A DNA stretch of 64,000 bases from Candidatus Micrarchaeia archaeon (GTDB taxonomy: Bacteria; Chloroflexota; Dormibacteria; Aeolococcales; Bog-877), in the NCBI GenBank assembly GCA_035533215.1, contig DATLUG010000042.1, forward strand, positions 16,330-80,329. The letters are read 5' to 3'. Shown piece by piece: positions 1-8,096 of this stretch (positions are counted from its first letter, which is position 1; each line of letters starts with the position of its first letter). The position numbers and the translations under genes are program-made. The notes beneath the pieces were generated by a model. That model did not search any database. It saw only the letters and a program-made list of their open reading frames with translations, and was not told the origin of the DNA.

Positions 1-29
1 CGGCCGGGCACCCTGGCCCGGGTCCCCGG

Positions 30-656
30 TCACCCGCTCGGACCGGCGCAGATCGACACCCCGCCGCCGCCGCCGGGCCGGCCGGGCAGGCGGACGACCG
101 CGACCAGCCGGCCGGGGTCGAGTGCCAGGCAGAGGACGGCAAGCGACCGCGGGCCCCCCGCTCGGTCGAGGTTCAGCTGACCGGGGAATCCCGCCGACAC
201 CAGCTGGTCGAGGGCCCCGGGGAGGCCGATCTGGCCCACCCCCACCCGGTCGGCGTGCAGGAGGATCAGGGGGCCGCCCCCCGGCTGGAGCTGGTACCGG
301 AAGCTGACCACGACGCGCTGGCCCAGCGGCAGCACCGCTGCGGTCACCACCAGCTGGCCCCGCTCCACGTGGGCGGCGAGGTCGGTCGGCGTCCCCGGCG
401 TCCCCGACCCCAGCCGCAGGAGACGGGTCACCTCGGCGTCGCCGAGCTGGACCTGGGCGACGCCCTCCCGGCGGCGGATCGCGTCCAGCGCCGCCAGGCT
501 GACCGCGCGGCGGAGCGCTCCCGCTGAGCTCGGCGCCACCGGCGGGTAGGTGGGGGCGGTGGTCAGCTGGTGGTAGAGGAAGCCGCCGGCGGCGACGACG
601 AGGACGATCGGCAGGAGGCAGGAGGCGCAGGCGGAGAGGCAGCCCCGGCGGAGCAC
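30..656 (-). CDS. membrane-anchored hypothetical protein (208 aa)
   Basis: GTG start 6 nt downstream of the NUDIX stop. Frame is GC3-saturated. Hydrophobic N-terminus CLLPIVLVVAAGGFLY. No family recognised. Confidence 0.6.
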   Translation of the reverse strand: MLRRGCLSACASCLLPIVLVVAAGGFLYHQLTTAPTYPPVAPSSAGALRRAVSLAALDAIRRREGVAQVQLGDAEVTRLLRLGSGTPGTPTDLAAHVERGQLVVTAAVLPLGQRVVVSFRYQLQPGGGPLILLHADRVGVGQIGLPGALDQLVSAGFPGQLNLDRAGGPRSLAVLCLALDPGRLVAVVRLPGRPGGGGGVSICAGPSG

Positions 657-662
657 GGCGGC

Positions 663-1214
663 TCAGCCGGGCCCGGAGGCGCCGACCGCGGACCCTCCCC
701 TGGCGGTCGCGGCGGCGGCGCGCCAGGCCGCCAGCGCCTGACGGTGGCTGGAGAAGGCCAGCTCGGGCATGCCGTCGGGCGCGAAGAAGTCCAGCTCGGT
801 CGCCTCCGGGGTGGGGGAGGGCCGGCCCGCCGCCACCGCGCCGCCGTAGGCGACGACCACCAGCCCCGCGGCGGTGAGCCCGACGTGGAAGACGCCGAGG
901 AGCCGCACCGCCCCCAGCTCGCAGCCCGTCTCCTCGAGGCACTCCCGGCGGGCCCCGTGCTCGGGGTGCTCGTCGTAGTCGAGGTATCCGCCCGGGAGCG
1001 CCCACTCCCCCAGCCCCGGCGCGATCCCGCGCCGGATCGCGAGCACCCGGCCGCCCCCGTCCACCGCGATCGCCACCACCACCACCTTGGGGTCGCGGAA
1101 CGCGACGAAGGCGCACGACGGGCAGCTGGGCAGGGTATGGGCCTCCACCGGCCGGGGCACCAGCCGGGCCCCGCAGTGGGGGCAGAAGCGGTACGGCGCG
1201 TCGGTCAGACCCAC
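663..1214 (-). CDS. NUDIX hydrolase with N-terminal zinc ribbon
   Basis: CPHCG...CPSC zinc ribbon followed by a NUDIX box GGYLDYDEHPEHGARRECLEETG. GTG at 1214 overlaps the upstream stop (GTGGGTCTGA). The longer ORF-track start at 1424 lies in a low-GC3, R/P-rich stretch. Confidence 0.85.
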   Translation of the reverse strand: MGLTDAPYRFCPHCGARLVPRPVEAHTLPSCPSCAFVAFRDPKVVVVAIAVDGGGRVLAIRRGIAPGLGEWALPGGYLDYDEHPEHGARRECLEETGCELGAVRLLGVFHVGLTAAGLVVVAYGGAVAAGRPSPTPEATELDFFAPDGMPELAFSSHRQALAAWRAAAATARGGSAVGASGPG

Positions 1215-1546
1215 TCGATCCCGAGGAGGCGCAGCCGGGGGTCCTCGGTCGTCAGGATGCGGATGCGCGCGACCACGTACCGGCGGTCCCCCGGGCGCAG
1301 CCGGACGGGATGCGGCGGAAGGGCGCCCGCCGCGGGGTCCGGCCGGACCGTCCCCCGCCGGTAGACGACGACCGGCTCCCGGAGGCGGGCGTCGAGGTAG
1401 GCGGCGAGGCCGGGGTCGTCGCACACGACCCGACCGTCCTCTCGGACGGAGGCGACCGCGCCGTCGCGCTCGATCGCCCAGCAGAGCACATCGGTGGAGG
1501 CCGGCACGGCGGCGATGATACTGCGGGTCCGCGTGCGCCTCAGCAC
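1205..1546 (-). CDS. small hypothetical protein (about 113 aa)
   Basis: Only the last ~113 codons of ORF 1205..1954 look protein-like (VLCWAIERDGAVASVREDGRVVCDDPGLAAYLDARL...). GTG at 1546 lies just after the dinB stop at 1569. Start is uncertain. Confidence 0.5.
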   Translation of the reverse strand: MLRRTRTRSIIAAVPASTDVLCWAIERDGAVASVREDGRVVCDDPGLAAYLDARLREPVVVYRRGTVRPDPAAGALPPHPVRLRPGDRRYVVARIRILTTEDPRLRLLGIEWV

Positions 1547-1568
1547 GATCGCCCGACCCCGACCCGGC

Positions 1569-2876
1569 TCACCCCGGGGGAGCGGGCCGAGCCGGGTCGA
1601 GGTGGTCGCGATTCCAGTCCAGCTGGGGCCCGCTCTCGTCACCGCCGCGGCGGATCGCGGCCGGCCCGTAGCGCTGGCGCAACCGGTCGAGCGCCTGGTC
1701 CAGCCCGCTCGGCCCGGTGGCCGGGGCCGCGAACAGGTCCAGCTGCGCTGTGCTCGTGAGCTGCTCCACCCCGACCCCGAGGAGGCGGACCGGGCGCCCG
1801 CTGTGCCACGCCTCCGCCAGCAGCGCGGCGGCCGCCTCCCCGATGGCGCGGTCGGCGTCGACCGGCGAGGCCAGGGTCCGGCGCCGCCCGACGGTCTCGA
1901 AGTCGGCGTAGCGGAGGCGCAGGGTGACCGCTCGGGCGGCGAGCCGGCGGCCACGGAGCCGTCCCCCGACCTCGGCGGCGAGCGCCAGGCAGCGGCGGGT
2001 CAGCCCCTCGGCGTCGCCCCGATCAGCGGCATACGTCTCCTCCCGGCTGATCGAACGCGGGATGCCGGGGAGGACGACCGGGGCGGGATCGAGGCCGGCC
2101 GCCCGGGCGGCGAGGCCGACGGCCGCCGGTCCCAGCCCGAGGGCCAAGGCCGCGGGAGTGCGCTGGGCCAGCTCCCCGAGGGTCGTGACCCGGAGGCGGC
2201 GGAGCGCCGCCTGGGTCCTCGGGCCGATCCCGGGGAGCTCGCCGATGGGAAGCGGGGCCAGGAAGGCGGCCTCGCTCCCCGGCGGGATCACCAGCAGCCC
2301 GTCGGGCTTGCTGCGCCGGGACGCCACCTTGGCCACCGTCTTGGAGGTGGCGACGCCGACCGAGGCGCTGAGCCGGCAGTGCCGCAGGATCGTTCGCCGC
2401 AGCTCGGCCGCGATCGCCTCCGGGGCCCCGAACCGCCTGGCGGAGCCGGTGACGTCCAGGTAGGCCTCGTCGAGCGACGCGGGTTCCACCAGGGGGGTGA
2501 CCGACCCCAGCACCCGGAACACCCCGCGCGAGACGTCGGCGTAGTGAGCGATGTCGACCGGGAGCACCCAGGCCGATGGGCATCGGCGGCGGGCCTCCCC
2601 CAGCGGCATCGCCGAGCGCACGCCGAACGCCCGGGCCGGGTAGGAGGCGGCGCACACGACGGCCCGCCCGAGCGGCCCCGTCTGACCCGGCTCCAGCCGC
2701 AGGGAGCCGCCCACGATCACGGCGGCTCCCGCCATCTGGGGGTGGCGGAGCTGCTCGCACGAGGCGAAGAAGGCGTCCAGGTCGACGTGGAGGATCGCCC
2801 GCGCCCCGATCGGCCAGTGGGTGGGCGCCGCGGGGGCGGGCGCTGCCGCGGGCGGGGTGCCGACCGGACCGTTCAG
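1569..2876 (-). CDS. dinB: DNA polymerase IV (Y-family, DinB)
   Basis: ILHVDLDAFFASCEQL, SLDEAYLDVTG and SVGVATSKTVAKVAS motifs. Upstream of 2876 the frame has low GC3 and overlaps the XRE gene. The only in-frame start before the ILHVDLD motif is CTG at 2876 (CTGA overlap with the XRE stop), so the start is uncertain. Confidence 0.9.
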   Translation of the reverse strand: MNGPVGTPPAAAPAPAAPTHWPIGARAILHVDLDAFFASCEQLRHPQMAGAAVIVGGSLRLEPGQTGPLGRAVVCAASYPARAFGVRSAMPLGEARRRCPSAWVLPVDIAHYADVSRGVFRVLGSVTPLVEPASLDEAYLDVTGSARRFGAPEAIAAELRRTILRHCRLSASVGVATSKTVAKVASRRSKPDGLLVIPPGSEAAFLAPLPIGELPGIGPRTQAALRRLRVTTLGELAQRTPAALALGLGPAAVGLAARAAGLDPAPVVLPGIPRSISREETYAADRGDAEGLTRRCLALAAEVGGRLRGRRLAARAVTLRLRYADFETVGRRRTLASPVDADRAIGEAAAALLAEAWHSGRPVRLLGVGVEQLTSTAQLDLFAAPATGPSGLDQALDRLRQRYGPAAIRRGGDESGPQLDWNRDHLDPARPAPPG

Positions 2877-3235
2877 CGCGACGCGGCGACGTCGGGGCCG
2901 ACCGGGGCGCGCCCGCGACCGCGGGCACGCCGGTGGGCGACGAGGTCGTCGTCCCGGAGATGGCCGGCCGCGATCATCAGCTCGACGTAGCTGACCCCCA
3001 GGTGGGGAGCGGCTCGCCGCAGCACCCACGGCGGCGGGTTGGAGCGATTCTTGCTGACCGACTGGTAGAAGTAGATCTGGTTGAGGTCGCAGAGCACGGC
3101 CAGCCGGTGCAGCGAGAGGCCACGGTCCTGGCAGCGGGCTCTGAGGTACTCGGCGAACTCCATGCGATCCCCGACGGTCGAGGCGGCGGCTCCGACGGGG
3201 CGGCCCGCCGGCGGGCGCCCGACCCGTGGCGCCAT
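2873..3235 (-). CDS. XRE-family helix-turn-helix transcriptional regulator
   Basis: MEFAEYLRARCQDRGLSLHRLAVLCDLNQIYFYQSVSKNRSNPP is a typical HTH_3-like core. ATG at 3235 or 3163. Stop overlaps the dinB start. Confidence 0.7.
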   Translation of the reverse strand: MAPRVGRPPAGRPVGAAASTVGDRMEFAEYLRARCQDRGLSLHRLAVLCDLNQIYFYQSVSKNRSNPPPWVLRRAAPHLGVSYVELMIAAGHLRDDDLVAHRRARGRGRAPVGPDVAASR

Positions 3236-3584
3236 GCTAACACCGGTCCCACGGCGTGCTGGCCCGTTTCGCGCCCGGCTTCCGCAAAGCCGCCGGTCAC
3301 CCCCGTGCCCGGCTCCCGGGGTCCCGTCGGGTCGGTGCCGGTGCCCTGCTGGGACGTGACCGCAGACCGGTCGGTCCCCCGTCCCCCAGCACCGGCGCCA
3401 CGACCAGCGCGACCCTCGCGATCCGCCGCGCCCGGAGCCCCGGATGTGGACGACCACGGTCGCGACCGGCTGGACCACCACCCGCCCAGCCGGACCGCCA
3501 GGATCAGCCGCCGGCTGCCACCCCGCCGGGGATCCGCATCGCGGCCGCGGTCCACCCCCCGCGTCGCCCGACCCGGGCCTGGGG

Positions 3585-4352
3585 TCACGAGCGCTCCCCG
3601 AGGGCCGCGACCTCGCAGAGGAGCGCGGACCAAAGGGGCGCCCGACCGGCCGGCGCCAGCCGCGCCCGCATCCCCGCGGCCCTGGCGCCGGCCAGGTCGG
3701 CCGCCGGGGAGTCGCCGACGAAGAGCACCGCGCCCGGCGCGAGCCGCAGCCGTCGCAGCAGCGCCGCGAAGATCGCCGGGTGAGGCTTGCGCCAGCCCAC
3801 CTGGCTGCTGAACACGGTGACGTCCAGGTGGGCGAGGAGGCCCAGGTGCCGGAGCTGGGCGCGGAGGACGGCGGGCGGGTAGGGGGCGTTGGAGCAGAGC
3901 CCGGTGCGCAGTCCGTGGCCGCGGATCGCCTCCAGGAGGCGGACCGCGCCGGGCCGGACCGTCACCCCGGCGAACCAGGCTCGCTGATGGAGCCACACCA
4001 CCCGGGAGCGGGTGCGCGACGGCACCCGGTGGCCGACCAGCTCCAGGAGGGCGGCGTCGTACACCCGGGCGATGTCGACCTCGCGGGCGGGATCGGACCC
4101 CTCCCCCGAGGGGCCGGCCGCCGACTCCACCCTGGCGTCGAGCGCCCTCGCCAGTCCCCTGGGCGCGGCGCCGCCCCCTCGGACGGGCAGGAGGAGCCGC
4201 GCCAGCTCCGGGTCGAGCCGGTCCAGCGACGCCACCGGTCGCCGGAAGCTGACCAGGGTGCCGCCGTAGTCGAAGGCCACCGCGCGCAGTCGCGGGTGGA
4301 TCACGCCCCCCGGCTCCGGGCCGGGCGCGGTCAGCTCCGGCGGAACGGCCAC
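3585..4352 (-). CDS. HAD-superfamily hydrolase
   Basis: Motif I AFDYGGTL, motif II CSNA, motif IV FVGDSPAADLAGA. Alternative GTG start at 4304 (VIHPRLRAVAFDYGGTL) would remove the overlap with the upstream gene. Confidence 0.85.
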   Translation of the reverse strand: MAVPPELTAPGPEPGGVIHPRLRAVAFDYGGTLVSFRRPVASLDRLDPELARLLLPVRGGGAAPRGLARALDARVESAAGPSGEGSDPAREVDIARVYDAALLELVGHRVPSRTRSRVVWLHQRAWFAGVTVRPGAVRLLEAIRGHGLRTGLCSNAPYPPAVLRAQLRHLGLLAHLDVTVFSSQVGWRKPHPAIFAALLRRLRLAPGAVLFVGDSPAADLAGARAAGMRARLAPAGRAPLWSALLCEVAALGERS

Positions 4353-4840
4353 CGACGCGCGCGCAGCCGGGCCTCGCGGTCGGCGAGCGCCTGCTCCCGC
4401 TCGGCGAGCCCGGCCTCCCGCTCCCGGACCTGCACCTCGACCCAGGTGCTGAGCGACCGCACCCGCTCCTCGATCTCCTGGATGCGCGCGGCACGTCCGC
4501 GGAGGTCCTCGGCCTGGTCGCTGAGGGCCCGGCGGGCCGCCTCGACCGCCTCCGCCAGCCGCTCCTCCATCTCGGTGAGGCGGCGGACCCGAACCTCCAC
4601 GTCGGCAGAGAGGGCGCGCAGCGCGATCTCGGTGGCCGGGAGCTGGGCCTGGTGGAAGCCGATCGGGCTCCCGGGGAGGGCCAGCGCCGCCGACGGGGGA
4701 GGTCCGGCGGCGCTGGCCGCGCGTCCCGCGGCGGGGACCGCGATCGGCGCGGTCACGGGTCGGAGCGTCGGGGGCCGCACCGGGGCGGCGGCGGGCGCCA
4801 CGGCGGCGGTCAGGCTGCGGGCGTGGTCGGAAGCGGTCAT
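4331..4840 (-). CDS. coiled-coil protein, function unknown
   Basis: ATG at 4840 preceded by GGAG. The C-terminal half is heptad-like and E/R/A-rich (EMEERLAEAVEAARRALSDQAEDLRGRAARIQEIEERV). Confidence 0.55.
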   Translation of the reverse strand: MTASDHARSLTAAVAPAAAPVRPPTLRPVTAPIAVPAAGRAASAAGPPPSAALALPGSPIGFHQAQLPATEIALRALSADVEVRVRRLTEMEERLAEAVEAARRALSDQAEDLRGRAARIQEIEERVRSLSTWVEVQVREREAGLAEREQALADREARLRARRWPFRRS

Positions 4841-4939
4841 GACCGATGGCTCCTGCGAAGACGTGGAACGGACCGGAGCTCCCGGGCTGCGGTCCACCCT
4901 AGCAGGGGACGTGGCCGCCGTCGAGCGGCCGCGGGCCGC

Positions 4940-5458
4940 TCACGGCGCCGCCGGGCCTCCCGCGGGGCCGGCAGCCGGCTTCGCCCCCGGCCGGCGTCGC
5001 CGTCGCCGCCGCCGGCTTCCCGTCGAGCCCGCCCCCGAAAGCCCTCCATCCCGGTTCGGCTGGCCGGCCGCCGGTGGACGGGGGCCTCCGCCAGGTGGGC
5101 GGCCCGGGGCGGGCGGTGCGGCCCCGCCGGCGGTCGCGGGCTCGCGCGCCTGCCGGTCCAGCGGCGGCCGCCCGCCCCGGCGGCGACCCCGCCGCAAACC
5201 CTGCGACGGGCCCGATCCTGGCTGGCGGTCGCGGGCCGGCTCGGTCTGGCCGAAGCGCGCAAGGGAGCTCGACTCGGACCAGGGGCGCCACCGGAGCGGC
5301 GGAGGCTCTCCGTACCCCACGAGGGTCAGGTCGAGGTCCTGGAGGAACGCCTCCAGCGGCCGCTTCTCCTTGGCGGCGTTGCCGGTCTGCCGCTGCTTCT
5401 CCGCCCAGGGCTGGTAGCGGGTCGACTCCGGATCGAGGAACTCGGGCAGCGTCGCCAT
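4940..5458 (-). CDS. hypothetical protein with disordered R/G/P-rich tail
   Basis: ATG at 5458. The first ~60 codons are clearly protein-like and GC3-high (MATLPEFLDPESTRYQPWAEKQRQTGNAAKEKRPLEAFLQDLDLTLVGYGE). The C-terminal part is low complexity, so the end is uncertain. Confidence 0.45.
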   Translation of the reverse strand: MATLPEFLDPESTRYQPWAEKQRQTGNAAKEKRPLEAFLQDLDLTLVGYGEPPPLRWRPWSESSSLARFGQTEPARDRQPGSGPSQGLRRGRRRGGRPPLDRQAREPATAGGAAPPAPGRPPGGGPRPPAAGQPNRDGGLSGAGSTGSRRRRRRRRPGAKPAAGPAGGPAAP

Positions 5459-5483
5459 CTCAGCGGAGTATAGGATCGGCCCC

Positions 5484-6437
5484 GTGGACCGACTCCTCGC
5501 CGAGGGCCTGTGGCAGCTGGACGCCCTCCTCGGAGGGTACGAGGACGTCAACGCCGTCTTCCTGGTCCTGGGCCCGCGCCCGTGCCTGGTCGAGACCGGG
5601 CCGCAGCTGGCGGCGGCGACCGTCCGCGCCGCGCTGGGGCGGCACGGGCTCGGGCCGACGGACCTCCGCTGGGTCGTCCTCACCCACATCCATCTCGACC
5701 ACGGCGGCGGGGCGGGCGAGATCGCAGCCGCGTTTCCGCGCGCGACGGTCCTCTGCCATCCCCGGGGCGCGCGCCACCTCGCCGACCCCGGCCGGCTGGT
5801 GGCGGCCGCGGGGGTGGTGTACGGCCCCGCGCTCGACACCCTCTACGGCCGCATGACCGCGGTTCCGCAGGACCGCATCGCCGCGGCCGAGGATGGCCGG
5901 CGGGTCGACCTCGGCGGGGGGCGCTGGCTCCGCTGCATCCACTCGCCCGGGCACGCCAAGCACCACCTCGCCGTGCTGGACGAACGGACCGGGGTGCTGC
6001 TGGCCGGGGACGCGGTCGGGGTGCAGATCCCCGGCGGCGGACCGCTCCGACCCTCCACCCCACCCGATGACTTCGACCGCGATCAGGCGGTCGGCTCCCT
6101 GCACCGCTTCGCCCAGCTGCGGCCCAGCCAGCTGGTCCTCACCCACTTCGGTCCGGCCGGTGACCCCGAGGCGGTGCTGGTCGCGGCCGAGGAGCGGCTG
6201 CGCGGCTGGTGCGACGCCGCCGAGGCGGCGTTCGCGGAGGACCACGGCCTCGACCACATCGTGCGGGCGCTGCGCCTCCGGGTCGCCGCCGAGGGCGGCC
6301 CGCCGGTGGCGCCGGAGCGGGAGCGCGTCGTGCAGCTGATGAGCGGCGCGCGGTCCAATGCCGCCGGACTCCGGGGCTGGCTCCAGCGCCGGGCGGCCGC
6401 CGGATCCGGGGCCGCGGCGGGCATCCCGGCCGGATGA
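5484..6437 (+). CDS. MBL-fold metallo-hydrolase
   Basis: THIHLDHGGG (HxHxDH) motif and later HSPGH. GTG start. Confidence 0.9.
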   Translation: MDRLLAEGLWQLDALLGGYEDVNAVFLVLGPRPCLVETGPQLAAATVRAALGRHGLGPTDLRWVVLTHIHLDHGGGAGEIAAAFPRATVLCHPRGARHLADPGRLVAAAGVVYGPALDTLYGRMTAVPQDRIAAAEDGRRVDLGGGRWLRCIHSPGHAKHHLAVLDERTGVLLAGDAVGVQIPGGGPLRPSTPPDDFDRDQAVGSLHRFAQLRPSQLVLTHFGPAGDPEAVLVAAEERLRGWCDAAEAAFAEDHGLDHIVRALRLRVAAEGGPPVAPERERVVQLMSGARSNAAGLRGWLQRRAAAGSGAAAGIPAG

Positions 6438-6835
6438 TCACCGCCTGTCTCGAGGTGGCGACGGGCCGCCGGCGGCTCACCGACCTCACCGACGACCTCC
6501 ACCGCTTCTGCCACGGGCACGGCGACGGACTGCTGTCGGTCTTCGTCCCCCACGCCACCTGCGGCCTCGCGCTGGTGGAGGTGGGGGCGGGCTCCGAGGC
6601 GGACCTGCTCGCCTGGATCGACCGCCTGCTGCCGCGGGACGAGCGCTACCGACACCGCCACGGGTCGGCCGGCCACGGCGCCGACCACCTGCTCCCGGCG
6701 CTGCTGCCGCCGACCCTGACCGTCCCGGTCGTCGGCGGACGCCCGGCGCTGGGGACCTGGCAGCACGTGGTGCTCGTCGACACCAATCCCGACAACCCCG
6801 AGCGCCGGGTGCAGCTCGACCTTCTTCCCGGCTGA
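6434..6835 (+). CDS. YjbQ/UPF0047-family protein (secondary thiamine-phosphate synthase-like)
   Basis: MITACLEVATGRRRLTDLTDDL...HATCGLALVE...GHGADHLLPALL...GTWQHVVLVD. ATGA overlap with the MBL gene stop. Confidence 0.85.
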   Translation: MITACLEVATGRRRLTDLTDDLHRFCHGHGDGLLSVFVPHATCGLALVEVGAGSEADLLAWIDRLLPRDERYRHRHGSAGHGADHLLPALLPPTLTVPVVGGRPALGTWQHVVLVDTNPDNPERRVQLDLLPG

Positions 6836-6949
6836 GCCGCCCCGGGCCCGGCGGCAGGTTTGGGAATGCGCCGGGCGGGGTAAACCTCCACCGCGGGCGT
6901 GGGTGCGCCGAGGCATCGCAGTGAGGCGTCCCGTGCCTGAGGGATCGTC

Positions 6950-8089
6950 ATGCTGCAGCGCCGGATCGCGGTCATCGCACCCCCGTGGTACCCGATCCCG
7001 CCCCAGGGCTACGGCGGGATCGAGCTGGTGGTGGGACTCCTGGTGAAGGAGCTGCGCAGCCGCGGCCACGACGTCACGCTGTTCGGGAGCGCCGGCTCCG
7101 GTCTCGCCGTGCGGCCGCTGGCGCCCGAGGGATGGGATCGTGCCCTGGGCGGCCCCGACGAGCGCTGGCGTGAGGTGACCTACGCCGCCCGCCTCGCCAC
7201 CGCCCTGCGCCGCGAGCGCCCCTTCGACGTCATCCACGATCACACCGGTGGGGCGGGCCTGGTGGTGGCGGCGAGCGCCGGCCGCGGCCCGGTGGTGCAC
7301 ACCGTCCATGGACCGCTCGGCGAGCCGGCCCGCACCTTCTACGCCGCACTGCGCGGGGTGGGCCTGATCGCGATCAGCGACCATCAGCGCACCACCGGGC
7401 CGGGGCTCCCCTGGCTGGCGACGGTCCCCAATGCCGTCGACCTCGGGGCCCTCCTGGAGCCCGGGGCGGTCGCCCGCGAGCCCTACCTCCTCTGTCTCGC
7501 CCGCATCTCGCCGGAGAAGGGACAGCATGTGGCGATCGCGGTCGCCCGGCGGACCGGTCGTCCGCTCGTGCTCGCCGGCAAGATCGAGCAGACCGCGGCC
7601 TCGCTGGCCTACTACGGCACCGAGATCGCGCCCCACCTGGATGGCGTCCGCGTCCGTCATCTCACCAACGTCGCGGGTCGGGAGAAGGCCGAGCTGCTCG
7701 CCGGAGCGACCGCGCTGCTGGCGCCGGTCCAGTGGCCGGAGCCGTTCGGGCTGGCGGTGGCGGAGGCGATGGCGAGCGGGACCCCGGCCGTGGCGCTGCG
7801 GCAGGGAGCGCTGCCGGAGCTGGTCGAGGACGGGGTGTCCGGCTTCGTCTGCGACACCGTCGACCAGATGGTGGCGGCGGTGGGGGCGGCGGCGGAGCTG
7901 GACCCTGAGGCCTGCGCCCGCGCTGCGCGCCTGCGGTTCAGCCCCCGGGCGCTGGTCGAGCGCACCCTCTCGGTGTACGCCGACCAGGCGGCCGGGGCGC
8001 CGGAGGCGGCGGCGCTCGTGCGGGCGCCGGTCCAGCCGGCGGGGTCCGCCTGGGCCCTCGCCACCGGGGCGCCGCCGGCGCCCAACTGA
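6950..8089 (+). CDS. glycosyltransferase family 4
   Basis: IAPPWYPIPPQGYGGIE N-terminus and a C-terminal EPFGLAVAEAMASGTPAVA (E-x7-E type) motif. GAGGGA Shine-Dalgarno sequence 7 nt upstream. Confidence 0.9.
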   Translation: MLQRRIAVIAPPWYPIPPQGYGGIELVVGLLVKELRSRGHDVTLFGSAGSGLAVRPLAPEGWDRALGGPDERWREVTYAARLATALRRERPFDVIHDHTGGAGLVVAASAGRGPVVHTVHGPLGEPARTFYAALRGVGLIAISDHQRTTGPGLPWLATVPNAVDLGALLEPGAVAREPYLLCLARISPEKGQHVAIAVARRTGRPLVLAGKIEQTAASLAYYGTEIAPHLDGVRVRHLTNVAGREKAELLAGATALLAPVQWPEPFGLAVAEAMASGTPAVALRQGALPELVEDGVSGFVCDTVDQMVAAVGAAAELDPEACARAARLRFSPRALVERTLSVYADQAAGAPEAAALVRAPVQPAGSAWALATGAPPAPN

Positions 8090-8096
8090 CTCCGCC

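Noticed and set aside
3236-3584. Possible small gene in the 350-nt gap between the XRE and HAD genes, where minus-strand frames have moderately high GC3.
   Set aside because: There is no consistent frame, no recognisable start with a Shine-Dalgarno sequence, and the translations are G/R/P-rich and low complexity. Treated as intergenic.
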